From the NCBI GenBank assembly GCA_965249275.1, contig CBDFLQ010000007.1, positions 576,001 to 640,000 on the forward strand: a DNA stretch of 64,000 nucleotides, given 5' to 3'. Of this stretch, positions 9,483 to 18,027 are shown in pieces (the first letter of the stretch is position 1; every line of letters starts with the position of its first letter). The notes under the pieces are model-generated. The model saw nothing but the letters and a program-made list of their open reading frames with translations, had not been told where the DNA came from and did not search any database. Made by a program: the position numbers and the translations under genes. Origin of the DNA: Dehalococcoidia bacterium. GTDB lineage: Bacteria; Chloroflexota; Dehalococcoidia; Plut-88900.

Positions 9483-10218
9483 TCCGCTGTACTTGTTCGG
9501 CAGGTTAGTGACACACCGGCCTTTTCTTCAGTCCTCCAGAGGCGGATGTTCCATCTTCGATTGTGGGGTTTCGGTTTCCGTTCTGTCTGTTGGGTTTTGG
9601 GAAGGCGATGGAAGACGCTTGCTGGACGCTACCCCCGTTCCTGTGCCTCGGGTGCTCCGACGCCCTGGGGCAAGGGCGTCCGGCCCGCTTTTGCCGCTGC
9701 TGCGGCCTCTGGGCCTGTATACGCTGGACATGGGCAGGGACCTTCAGGGCCACCGGGTCCGAGCCTGACTCCGGGGGGTTGGCTGCACCGCTTAAGGGCG
9801 GCTAGGAGGCTCGTCCAGCGTCCGGGTGGAGCCTCTTGCAGGCGTAATATGTCCAGGTTTGCCGGTGCGACCCGGAGCGCAGGGACCACCGGCTCCCGGC
9901 TTGATTGAGCGGACGGTGTACCGAGAGGACCTCGGCGCCGGGCCTATCCGACCGCTATTCCGCTTGAAGGAGCGGCATCTCCGTTAGGAGCCTCACATGG
10001 AACGATAGCGAACCAGGGCGTCTTTCCATCGCCTGGGGGTCAGGGAAGGGGGCACGGGACCCGGTGGGGATGAGGAGATGGCGACTTTCGCTTGTGCCGC
10101 GGGCCTGCGCGAGGGCCGTTGGGATGGGCTGAGGCGTTGAGTCCTCGGGGACCGGGGCTGGGCTTCCCCCTAGGTTGTGGTTCCTCCTTAAGGTAGTTGG
10201 GTTAGGTGGTCTAGACCT
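9478..10218 (-). ncRNA. Candidate large structured ncRNA, copy 1 (~740 nt, family not recognised)
   Basis: Homologous to 48578-49309: conserved 5' domain, 65-nt identical 3' block (9505-9569), 15-bp long-range helix (10018-10033 with 9604-9618), dense hairpins, own promoter, no reading frame conserved between copies. Confidence 0.75.
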
Positions 10219-10224
10219 GGCTAC

Positions 10225-10253
10225 AATATAGAACATACGTCTTATCATGTCAA
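10225..10253 (-). promoter_or_regulatory. Sigma70 promoter of ncRNA copy 1 with a LexA-like box in the spacer
   Basis: Minus strand TTGACA (10253-10248), 17 bp, TATATT (10230-10225). Plus strand AGAAC-ATAC-GTCTT at 10230-10243. Confidence 0.7.
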
Positions 10254-10374
10254 TAGGTTAATGTCACCACTCTATGTGAACGGGATCATCCGCCCGACCC
10301 TCCTTTACCATCCGTTATCGCGTTATGTTAAACTTGTTCGGTATTCATCCTCATATTTATAGGAGAGTGGCAAG

Positions 10375-11307
10375 GTGAAAATAGTAATCGATGCATTTTT
10401 AACTCATCTCACCGTGGAACGCGGCCTTTCCGCCAACACCCTATACGCCTACCGTAACGACCTCTACCAGTTCCTGGAGTTCATCGAAACGGGCCTCGGG
10501 CCCAGGAAGCGTGTCTCCAACTGGGGAGGCGTAGATCGCGACATGGTCGCCAAGTACGGCCTCGATCTCCGGGACCGCACCTTCAAGGACTCCACCATCG
10601 CCCGCAAGATCGCCGCCATCAAGTCTTTTTTCGCGTTCCTGGTCGACGAGGGTGACATCGAGACCGCCCCCACCGAGCATATGAACTCGCCGAAGGTTGG
10701 GCGGGCCCTGCCAAAAGCCCTCTCCGTCGAGGACATCAATAGGCTCTTAACTGCGACCAGGGAACGCAAGACCCCGGATGGCCGGCCTAAACCCGTCTCT
10801 CCCGACAGCCTCCGTGACTGCGCTATGTTGGACCTCTTGTACGCCAGCGGACTCCGAGTCACCGAGCTAGTTTCCCTCAACGTTGCCGACGTCGACATTC
10901 GCAACAACCATGTTCGATGTCTGGGCAAGGGCGGCAAGGAGAGGATCGTTCCCATCCACCAGGAGGCCTCCGAGGCCCTGCGGGAGTACGTCGAGCGAGC
11001 TAGGCCTCGCCTCCGAAAGAAGTTCGAAGAGCAGGCTCTGTTCCTGAACCGCCGCGGCGACCGTCTCACGCGGCAAGGCTTCTGGCTTATCTTGAAGGGT
11101 TACGCAAAAGAGGCCCAGATAAAGACCCCCATAACCCCCCACGTCCTCCGTCATAGCTTCGCCACCCACATGCTCAGAGGTGGCGCACCCCTCAGGCACG
11201 TCCAGGAGATGCTCGGCCACGCCAACATCTCTACGACCCAGGTCTACACCCACCTTGCAAGCGATCAGGTGCGTGACCAGTACGACAAAGCGCACCCCAG
11301 GGCCTGA
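10375..11307 (+). CDS. xerD: Site-specific tyrosine recombinase XerD
   Basis: LTVERGLSANT..AY, LLYASGLRVTEL, GKGGKER, TPHVLRHSFATH, LGHANISTTQVYTH; AGGAG SD. Confidence 0.95.
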   Translation: MKIVIDAFLTHLTVERGLSANTLYAYRNDLYQFLEFIETGLGPRKRVSNWGGVDRDMVAKYGLDLRDRTFKDSTIARKIAAIKSFFAFLVDEGDIETAPTEHMNSPKVGRALPKALSVEDINRLLTATRERKTPDGRPKPVSPDSLRDCAMLDLLYASGLRVTELVSLNVADVDIRNNHVRCLGKGGKERIVPIHQEASEALREYVERARPRLRKKFEEQALFLNRRGDRLTRQGFWLILKGYAKEAQIKTPITPHVLRHSFATHMLRGGAPLRHVQEMLGHANISTTQVYTHLASDQVRDQYDKAHPRA

Positions 11308-11376
11308 GTCTCGGCATTTGCGGCCCCGGTTTCGCGCCGACTATAATCAGACCATAGAAACGCATCAGGACTAAAC

Positions 11377-11745
11377 ATGGCAAAAAAGTCAAAGCGGTTC
11401 GCCGCCAAGCAATCCTCAAGTACCAAGCGAAAGAAGGGTAAGGCGGGACTGTCCCAGCGGCAGATCGAGCTTTCAGGAGTCTCTGCCCCCACTCCCACCC
11501 CTCCCCCCGCAGCCGACGCCGCGGATACAGGGGCCCCTGTCCTTGAGTCCACCGAAGCCCCTGAAACAGGCTCTCCCTCCGAGACCCCGGAGCAGGCTAC
11601 GCAACCTGGACCCCAGGTCGCCGCCCCCGCAGCTGTCGGTGCACCCTGGCGTTACGGCTACGTCCTCACTGACGTCAAGCGCATCGGCCTGATGACTGTG
11701 GTCGTAGCCCTTCTCCTCGGCGCCCTTACTTTCATCCTCAGATAG
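11377..11745 (+). CDS. Hypothetical protein (basic N-terminus, Pro/Ala-rich linker, C-terminal TM anchor)
   Basis: AGGA SD, coding-like codon usage, YGYVLTDVKRIG followed by a TM helix. Confidence 0.7.
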   Translation: MAKKSKRFAAKQSSSTKRKKGKAGLSQRQIELSGVSAPTPTPPPAADAADTGAPVLESTEAPETGSPSETPEQATQPGPQVAAPAAVGAPWRYGYVLTDVKRIGLMTVVVALLLGALTFILR

Positions 11746-12102
11746 CCCCCTCTCTCCATTCATTCCGGCCTGGGGCCGGGATCCAAGAGTGGGGGAATGG
11801 CCGCTTCCCCAGTGGGATTGTGACACCGCCCCGTTGACTAGCGCCGCATTGTTGTACTATCTTCCCCTCCCCACTTGCATCCATCACACACCATCAATTG
11901 CCGATTACAAAACAAGAAAAGCTAACGACACTTCTTCCACAACCTCTGACACCGAATTTTCTCCAGGATGATCAAACAATCAAACATCGTGCCTGATAGC
12001 TGCAAACAATCGTACGCAAAGCTGTTTCCACTTGATTGTCCGCTTTCCTTTTAATTGTCATATGTCAACTGTGCTCAGGCCGCATGCTAGAATTACCTGG
12101 TA

Positions 12103-13935
12103 ATGCCTACGCTCTCTATCGCAGACCAGGTAAAGGCCACGCCCACTAAACCCGGCGTCTACATCTTCCGGGACGCCTCCGGCAAGGTTATCTACGTCGG
12201 CAAGGCCGCGGGCCTGCGCAGCCGAGTCCGCTCCTACTTCGCCGACTCCTCTTCACTCACCCTCAAGGGTCGGCACCTCGCCGCGCGCATCGCCCAGTAC
12301 GAATACGTAGTCACCGATTCCGAGGGCGAGGCCCTCATCCTCGAAAACACCCTCATCAAGCGCTACAAGCCCAAGTACAACGTCCGCCTCAAGGACGACA
12401 AGACATATCCCTACATCAAGATAGACCTGGAAGAGGAGTTCCCCCGCGTCTACTTCACCAGGAGACTGGACGACGAGCGCGGCGCCCGATACTTCGGCCC
12501 CTTCGCATCCGCCAGCTCCGTCCGACGCACCCTGGACCTAATCAAGAAGCTCTTCCCTTACCGGTCCTGCACCAAGAACATCACCGGCACCGACCCGCGC
12601 CCCTGCCTCGACTTCTACATCCACCGTTGTGTCGGGCCGTGCATCGGGGCGGCGTCCAAGGACGAATACCGCCAGGTTATCGACCAGGTCATCCTGTTCC
12701 TCGAAGGGAAGCACGAGACCATAGTCAAAGACCTGAGCGCCAGTATGCACCAGGCCGCCGAGCGTCTCGAGTTCGAGCGCGCCGCCGCCCTCAGGGACCA
12801 GGTACGCGCCATCGACAGGGTATCGCAGACGCAGAAAGTCCACTCCCTACACCTCAAGGACGAGGACTACATAGCCCTGTCACGCGGCCAGGACGAGGCA
12901 TGGATCGAGATATTCTTTGTCCGTGCAGGCAAGACCGTAGGCCGAGACCACTTCATCATGGAAGGCACCCAGGACGAGGGTGACGCCGATATAATGGCCG
13001 GATTCATCAAGCAGTTTTACGACTCGGCATCCTACGTCCCGCCCCTCCTCCTTCTCCAGCACGCACCTGTTGACTCCACCTTGATTAACTCTTGGCTGGA
13101 GAGTAAACGAGGCCGCAGAGTCCATATGAAAGTCCCCCGCCGCGGCAACCGTAGAATGCTGCTGCAGATGGTCGCCGCCAACGCGGAGCAGGGGCTCGCG
13201 CAGCGCCACATCAAGTGGCTGGCCGACGCCGACGCCATCACCGGGGCCATGTCTGAGCTTCAGGAGCACCTCAACCTCCCCGAACTGCCCCAGCGTATGG
13301 AATGCTACGACATTTCCAACATTCAGGGCTCAAACCCCGTCGGCTCAATGGTCGTCTTCGAAAACGGAAAACCCAAGCCTGCCCACTACCGCAAGTTCAA
13401 GATCAAGACCGTCCAGGGCATCGACGACTATTCCATGATGCAGGAGATGCTCCGCCGACGCTTCCGCCGGCTCAAGGACGCCGTCAACGCCAAACCCGAC
13501 GGCTGGACCATCGTCCCTGACCTCGTCCTCATCGACGGAGGCAAGGGCCACCTTGGCGCCATACACCAGCTCTTCCTGGAACTCGGCATCGCCCATATCC
13601 CCCTGGCCAGTATCGCAAAGCGCTACGAGGAGGTGTTCCGCCCCGACAGCAAGGAGCCTATCATCCTGCCTCGCAGTTCGCAGGCCCTCTACCTTGTCCA
13701 GCGCATCAGAGATGAAGCCCACCGCTTCGCCATTACCTTCCACCGGCAACTGCGGAAGAAGAGCAGCGTGAGGTCGGCCATGGACTCTGTCCCGGGCATC
13801 GGGCCCAAACGAAAGAAGGCCCTCATCCGCAGGTTCGGCACGGTCAACGCGATACGCGAGGCCGACACCAGTGAAATCGCAGCCGTGGTCGGGATGACCC
13901 AAAAGCTCGCCGAAATTGTCAAAGAGCACCTCTAA
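12103..13935 (+). CDS. uvrC: Excinuclease ABC subunit C
   Basis: GIY-YIG domain (PGVYIF..IYVGKA), UVR domain, ECYDISN, LIDGGKG, RDEAHRFA and C-terminal HhH. Confidence 0.98.
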   Translation: MPTLSIADQVKATPTKPGVYIFRDASGKVIYVGKAAGLRSRVRSYFADSSSLTLKGRHLAARIAQYEYVVTDSEGEALILENTLIKRYKPKYNVRLKDDKTYPYIKIDLEEEFPRVYFTRRLDDERGARYFGPFASASSVRRTLDLIKKLFPYRSCTKNITGTDPRPCLDFYIHRCVGPCIGAASKDEYRQVIDQVILFLEGKHETIVKDLSASMHQAAERLEFERAAALRDQVRAIDRVSQTQKVHSLHLKDEDYIALSRGQDEAWIEIFFVRAGKTVGRDHFIMEGTQDEGDADIMAGFIKQFYDSASYVPPLLLLQHAPVDSTLINSWLESKRGRRVHMKVPRRGNRRMLLQMVAANAEQGLAQRHIKWLADADAITGAMSELQEHLNLPELPQRMECYDISNIQGSNPVGSMVVFENGKPKPAHYRKFKIKTVQGIDDYSMMQEMLRRRFRRLKDAVNAKPDGWTIVPDLVLIDGGKGHLGAIHQLFLELGIAHIPLASIAKRYEEVFRPDSKEPIILPRSSQALYLVQRIRDEAHRFAITFHRQLRKKSSVRSAMDSVPGIGPKRKKALIRRFGTVNAIREADTSEIAAVVGMTQKLAEIVKEHL

Positions 13936-13951
13936 CCCCGCTCCCCCAAAC

Positions 13952-14848
13952 ATGCCCGATCAAACGCAAAACGCGCTGACAAACCTACAGGAGGGAGTCC
14001 GACTCCTCGACCAAGGTCAGATCAATGAGGCAATCGGCTTATTCGATCTCGCTATCCGGCTCGACGGTACGTTGGTGGACGCTTACCTCCGCCGCTCCGA
14101 GGCCCACAATTTCAAGGGTCAGGCCGGCAAGGCAGTCACCGACGCAACCAAAGCCCTGATGCTCGACGCCCAAAACGCCGGGGCGTACGTCGACCGCGCC
14201 GCCGCATATGTCAACATGGGCAATTTCGAGCGCGCCCTCGCCGACTCCAATGAAGCCATCGCACTGAAGCCCACCGCCGCAGCCCACGTCAACCGGGGCG
14301 CCGCCCACAGGGGTTTGGGTAAAGTCGTCATGGCACTCGGTGATTTCAACAAAGCAGTCGGCCTCGACCCTCGGTATCCCCTCGCCTACAGCCACCGAGC
14401 CAGCGCCTTCCTAACAATAGGCGCTTTCGATAGAGCGATTCAGGACACCACCGCCGCCATTGACCTGGACCCGCACCTGCCCCAACCCTATATCGATCGC
14501 GGTGAAGCCTACAGACACAAAGGTGATTTCGATGCAGCCGTCAAGGACGCCTCCACTGTCCTGAGTCTGCAACCCAATCTCGTCATTGCGCTGGTAAACC
14601 GGGCCGCAGCCTACCTTGACCAGGATTATGCCCCCGACGCCCTCGCCGATTCCGAGGCCGCCCTTAACCTCGACCCGGACAACGTCCTCGCCATTAACAA
14701 CCAGGCCGTGGCACTGGCCAAGATGGGCCGTACGAAAGACGCCCTCGACTCCCTCGCCCGCGCCCTAACGCTCGCCCCGACCGACGAAGTTCGAGCCCAT
14801 ATAACCATGGTCATGGACCGGCTTACCGGCGATCAGTCGCCTTCTTAG
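13952..14848 (+). CDS. Tetratricopeptide repeat protein
   Basis: About eight 34-aa TPR units (AYxxRxxAY...A..D...AI.L.P). ATG 13952 chosen to avoid overlap with uvrC. Confidence 0.9.
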   Translation: MPDQTQNALTNLQEGVRLLDQGQINEAIGLFDLAIRLDGTLVDAYLRRSEAHNFKGQAGKAVTDATKALMLDAQNAGAYVDRAAAYVNMGNFERALADSNEAIALKPTAAAHVNRGAAHRGLGKVVMALGDFNKAVGLDPRYPLAYSHRASAFLTIGAFDRAIQDTTAAIDLDPHLPQPYIDRGEAYRHKGDFDAAVKDASTVLSLQPNLVIALVNRAAAYLDQDYAPDALADSEAALNLDPDNVLAINNQAVALAKMGRTKDALDSLARALTLAPTDEVRAHITMVMDRLTGDQSPS

Positions 14849-14945
14849 CAACATGTCGGTTGCTTGTTGAGGCACCGGATGAAAGTGTCGCCTCTCCACT
14901 TGGTGTAAAATTGACCTACGTCGTCTGATCCCTTTCAACTATCTA

Positions 14946-15614
14946 ATGCGATTCATAATCACCTTGACCCTAATCGTGGCCCTCCTGGGCTTTGCCGCAG
15001 CTTGCAGCTCGGGAGCAGCGCCTACGGCCACCCAGCCCGCGCCCACCCCACCCCCGACCACCCCCCCGGCGACCCCCACCCCAGTCCCTACCGCCCTGAT
15101 CGAATGGTCGGATGAAGACTGCATATTCCGACCCCACGGCGAGTTGGGAGAGCTAACCAGGGTCACGCGTACATATGTCGAGAACGAACCTAAGCGCAAC
15201 GTCGAGCGCCTATTCCTCAAATTCCACCAGTCTGAAGCCGAATCGACCATCCTTCGCTGCGACATGAACACAGCGGGACTCTTCTCGACCTGGTGGGTGC
15301 AGTCTTTCCCCACCGAACAGGACGCCCAACGTCTCTTCGAGTCCCTCATTCTTGTCACCCGCCCCGGAGTCGATAGGCTTAACCAAAACCCTCGGTCCTG
15401 CGCCCTCATCAGAGCCGGAAAGGACGGGCAAGACAGCTACAACCTGGATTTCGTAGACAAGGGCATCTGCGAAAGCAGCGTCTTCAACGGGCTCAGCGGG
15501 ATCGTAATCTATGGCAACACTGTCATAGGCATAGACTCCCAGTTCTACGAAGAGTTCTTTGAGGCTCTCCTGGTCCACGCCAAGGCCCTCGTAGACAAGA
15601 GGACCTCCTCCTAG
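14946..15614 (+). CDS. Hypothetical lipoprotein
   Basis: Signal peptide with lipobox-like FAAAC followed by a Pro/Thr-rich linker. Confidence 0.7.
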   Translation: MRFIITLTLIVALLGFAAACSSGAAPTATQPAPTPPPTTPPATPTPVPTALIEWSDEDCIFRPHGELGELTRVTRTYVENEPKRNVERLFLKFHQSEAESTILRCDMNTAGLFSTWWVQSFPTEQDAQRLFESLILVTRPGVDRLNQNPRSCALIRAGKDGQDSYNLDFVDKGICESSVFNGLSGIVIYGNTVIGIDSQFYEEFFEALLVHAKALVDKRTSS

Positions 15615-15615
15615 C

Positions 15616-16449
15616 TTGCGTGTCCCCGGCCTGTCCCCGACTTCACCTCTGCTTACCAGTGCCCCGACGCGTCCCATACTAACCCTCCGCGCTCTATTCG
15701 AAAACAGGTTCGTCAAGGAGGGTTCGCTCCTGGTCCTCGGGTACATCGTCTACATGTCCCTGCGCCACGTCTTCCTCGAAGAGGTTGAGGCAGTCGGCCG
15801 GACAAACGCCCTCAAAGTAATCGATATCGAGAAATTCCTGGGCATCTACTGGGAGCCCGCACTCCAGTCCCGCCTCCTCTCCGAGGCCTCGTGGATCGTG
15901 ACCTTCTTCAACTGGGCCTATTCTCTGGGTTTTCTACCTGTAATAGTGCCCGGGGCCGTGGCACTCCTCTGCCTCCGCTACGATTCATTCGTCTATTTCC
16001 GAAGGGTGTTCCTCATAAGCTACGTGATTACATGGGTGCTGTGGTTAACCCTTCCCGTCACCCCACCCAGGCTGATGTTAGAAGAGGGCTTCGTAGATTC
16101 CATAGAGGTCATGGGGCCGGCATTCTATAACAGCAAGCAGTCCATCGCGTACTATAACCAACACTCCGCCATGCCCAGCATGCACTTTGGGTGGACCCTG
16201 CTCTTCTCGATAATGCTCCTGAAGACCGGGAGCCGAGCCCTGCGCCTATTCGGTGTCATCCTCCCAATAGTGGCCTTCGCAGCGATAGTCGTGACCGCCA
16301 ACCATTTCTTCCTGGACGCGGTAGTCGGGGGTGGCATCATTGGTCTGGCCTTCGCTATATACCATCTGGCAGCCCGCTCCCCGAAACCACGTGCCTCCTC
16401 CACTCGATCATCGACAATGATAGCACGAAGTGATATCATTTCATCGTGA
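15616..16449 (+). CDS. PAP2-family (AUR1/IPC-synthase-like) membrane phosphatase/phosphotransferase
   Basis: PVTPPRL, AMPSMHFGW and TANHFFLDAVVG motifs. Start uncertain. Confidence 0.85.
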   Translation: MRVPGLSPTSPLLTSAPTRPILTLRALFENRFVKEGSLLVLGYIVYMSLRHVFLEEVEAVGRTNALKVIDIEKFLGIYWEPALQSRLLSEASWIVTFFNWAYSLGFLPVIVPGAVALLCLRYDSFVYFRRVFLISYVITWVLWLTLPVTPPRLMLEEGFVDSIEVMGPAFYNSKQSIAYYNQHSAMPSMHFGWTLLFSIMLLKTGSRALRLFGVILPIVAFAAIVVTANHFFLDAVVGGGIIGLAFAIYHLAARSPKPRASSTRSSTMIARSDIISS

Positions 16450-16709
16450 GGCGGAAGCACCGCAGGACTCTCGCCGCGATATTAGAAACCCCGACTCGGT
16501 CAGGAATTCGTTGGGAAGACATAGAATCGCTCCTCCTAGCCTTGGACGCCGAGATAGAGGAGCGGGCCGGATCCCGGATCGGTGTACGGCTAGAATTGCA
16601 TTTCGCAGTTTTCCATCGTCCTCACCCTCAACCGGAAGCCAGCAAAGATCTTGTAAAAGCCGTCAAACACCTTTTAAGAGAGGCAGGGATCACCAATGCT
16701 GACCTATAA
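16446..16709 (+). CDS. hicA: HicA-family toxin
   Basis: IRWEDIESLL..L...EERAGSR...FHRPHP; overlaps the downstream hicB. Confidence 0.88.
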   Translation: MRRKHRRTLAAILETPTRSGIRWEDIESLLLALDAEIEERAGSRIGVRLELHFAVFHRPHPQPEASKDLVKAVKHLLREAGITNADL

Positions 16710-17022
16710 GGGATACATAGCCAAAGTCGATATAGACTTGGAAGAGGGGATATTGTCGGGACGTGTGGTTAATATCCGAGACATAATCCATTTTCAAGCA
16801 GATACACCGGCACAACTTCAAAAGGAATTCGAGTTCTCTGTCGATGACTACATCGCCTTCTGCAAAGAGAAGGGAATGGAGGCCGAGAAACCGCGCTCTG
16901 GCAAAATCTCCCTTCGTGTTTCTCCAGAGCTCCATCGAGCCGCCGTATCGGCCGCCGCCCGCGAAGGCAAGAGCCTTAACGCTTGGCTCTCCAAAGCTAT
17001 TGAAAAGGCCGCTATCGGCTGA
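16696..17022 (+). CDS. hicB: HicB-family antitoxin
   Basis: MLTYKGY...SVDDYI..C...SGKISLRVSPELH...GKSLNAW. Confidence 0.92.
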   Translation: MLTYKGYIAKVDIDLEEGILSGRVVNIRDIIHFQADTPAQLQKEFEFSVDDYIAFCKEKGMEAEKPRSGKISLRVSPELHRAAVSAAAREGKSLNAWLSKAIEKAAIG

Positions 17023-17062
17023 CCTCCGTTTTCAATTGTCCCTTGTATATCCATAAAGATCA

Positions 17063-17096
17063 GAGGGGCTGGCAATGCCAGCCCCTCAGCCTTTTT
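17063..17096. terminator. Intrinsic terminator between convergent hicB and SDR genes
   Basis: GAGGGGCTGGC-AAT-GCCAGCCCCTC stem followed by a T run. Confidence 0.65.
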
Positions 17097-17110
17097 CACT
17101 CTTTGCTGTC

Positions 17111-17923
17111 CTAGTGCTCCATTATCAGACCACCGTCGATGTTTATGGATTGACCGTGGATCCACGATGCTGCGTTGGTGCACAGGTATGCTATGAACTC
17201 TCCCACCTCGTCATCTGTTCCGTTACGCCCTATCGGCGTTGTCTGGGCCATCTTCTCCCATGCATCCGAATAGACCAGATCGTCCATTCTGTGAGTGTCA
17301 ACTGCACCAGGGCACACGCAATTCACGTTCACGCCATACGGCCCGAGCTCCTCGGCCATAGTCTGAGTCATTGCCACCTGTGCGAAACACCCCGCGCAAT
17401 AGGCAAGAGCATCGGCAGTGCCCCGCTTACCGGCCCCCGACGACACGTTGATTATCTTGCCACCCTCGCCTCGGGCCAACATCACCTGTGCCGCCGCTTT
17501 GGAGCAGAGGTAAGTGCCCCAGACCTTGATATCCACCACTTTCTTGAAATAGTAGTCGTCTAACTCGACTGTCGGGACCCGGTCCGCCCCCCGGGCATAG
17601 GCAGCGTTGTTTACTACAATGTCGATCCGCCCGAACTCCCGCACCGTGTTTGCCGTCATCTCAGTCACGTCCTCGGGGTTTGACACGTCCACGACCTGCG
17701 GCAAAGCCCTCCGCCCGAGAGCCTGCACCTGCTCCGCCGTACTCTCGATGTCCTTCCAGCCTATTGCCTTCTCGTCATCCGGAAAGCTGGCCGGGTTTCG
17801 TCCTGTACCCGTCGGTACTACGTCCGCACCCAGTTTGGCCAGTGCCACGCACGCCGCCCTGCCGATGCCCCTCAATCTACCTGCACCGGTGACTATCGCT
17901 ACTTTTCCGTCCAGTTCACCCAT
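17111..17923 (-). CDS. SDR-family oxidoreductase (tandem paralog A)
   Basis: TGAGRLRGIG, VNNA, NVSS, PGAVDT, GQSINIDGG; atypical YCAGC active-site motif. Confidence 0.93.
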   Translation of the reverse strand: MGELDGKVAIVTGAGRLRGIGRAACVALAKLGADVVPTGTGRNPASFPDDEKAIGWKDIESTAEQVQALGRRALPQVVDVSNPEDVTEMTANTVREFGRIDIVVNNAAYARGADRVPTVELDDYYFKKVVDIKVWGTYLCSKAAAQVMLARGEGGKIINVSSGAGKRGTADALAYCAGCFAQVAMTQTMAEELGPYGVNVNCVCPGAVDTHRMDDLVYSDAWEKMAQTTPIGRNGTDDEVGEFIAYLCTNAASWIHGQSINIDGGLIMEH

Positions 17924-18027
17924 TGTGTTCTCCACTCAATTCTTATCCCGAAAACACGTTCACTCTAACTCTGATGAGTATTAAGCGTGCCCAGAAAATG
18001 CTCTGGCGCTCCAGTTCATGTTTCTCC

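Noticed and set aside
9478-10218. Identification of the element as tmRNA, RNase P RNA, 6S, group I/II intron, T-box or cobalamin riboswitch
   Set aside because: By eye I found no tRNA-like GGGG..CCA ends, no RNase P P4 consensus, no group II GUGYG start or domain V, no group I P/Q/R/S and no T-box or B12-box. A formal Rfam scan is still required.
9243-10248. ORFs across element copy 1 (9243-9908, 9955-10248 and others) and copy 2 (48562-48834, 48864-49259) sharing peptides such as EDSTPQPIPTA
   Set aside because: The shared peptides only reflect DNA similarity. Frames shift between the copies, starts fall within the promoter or lack an SD, and there are no protein motifs.
10375-11307. Tyrosine recombinase as the integrase of a prophage/island, or as mobiliser of the adjacent element
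   Set aside because: The sequence is typical chromosomal XerD among housekeeping genes. No att repeats or phage genes are present, and copy 2 has no recombinase nearby.
11900-12070. AT-richer intergenic stretch with repeated CAAACAATC upstream of uvrC
   Set aside because: Only two or three short imperfect copies; could be operator sites but cannot be told from chance.
15020-15095. C-rich quasi-repeats
   Set aside because: They encode the Pro/Thr linker of a lipoprotein, not a DNA repeat element.
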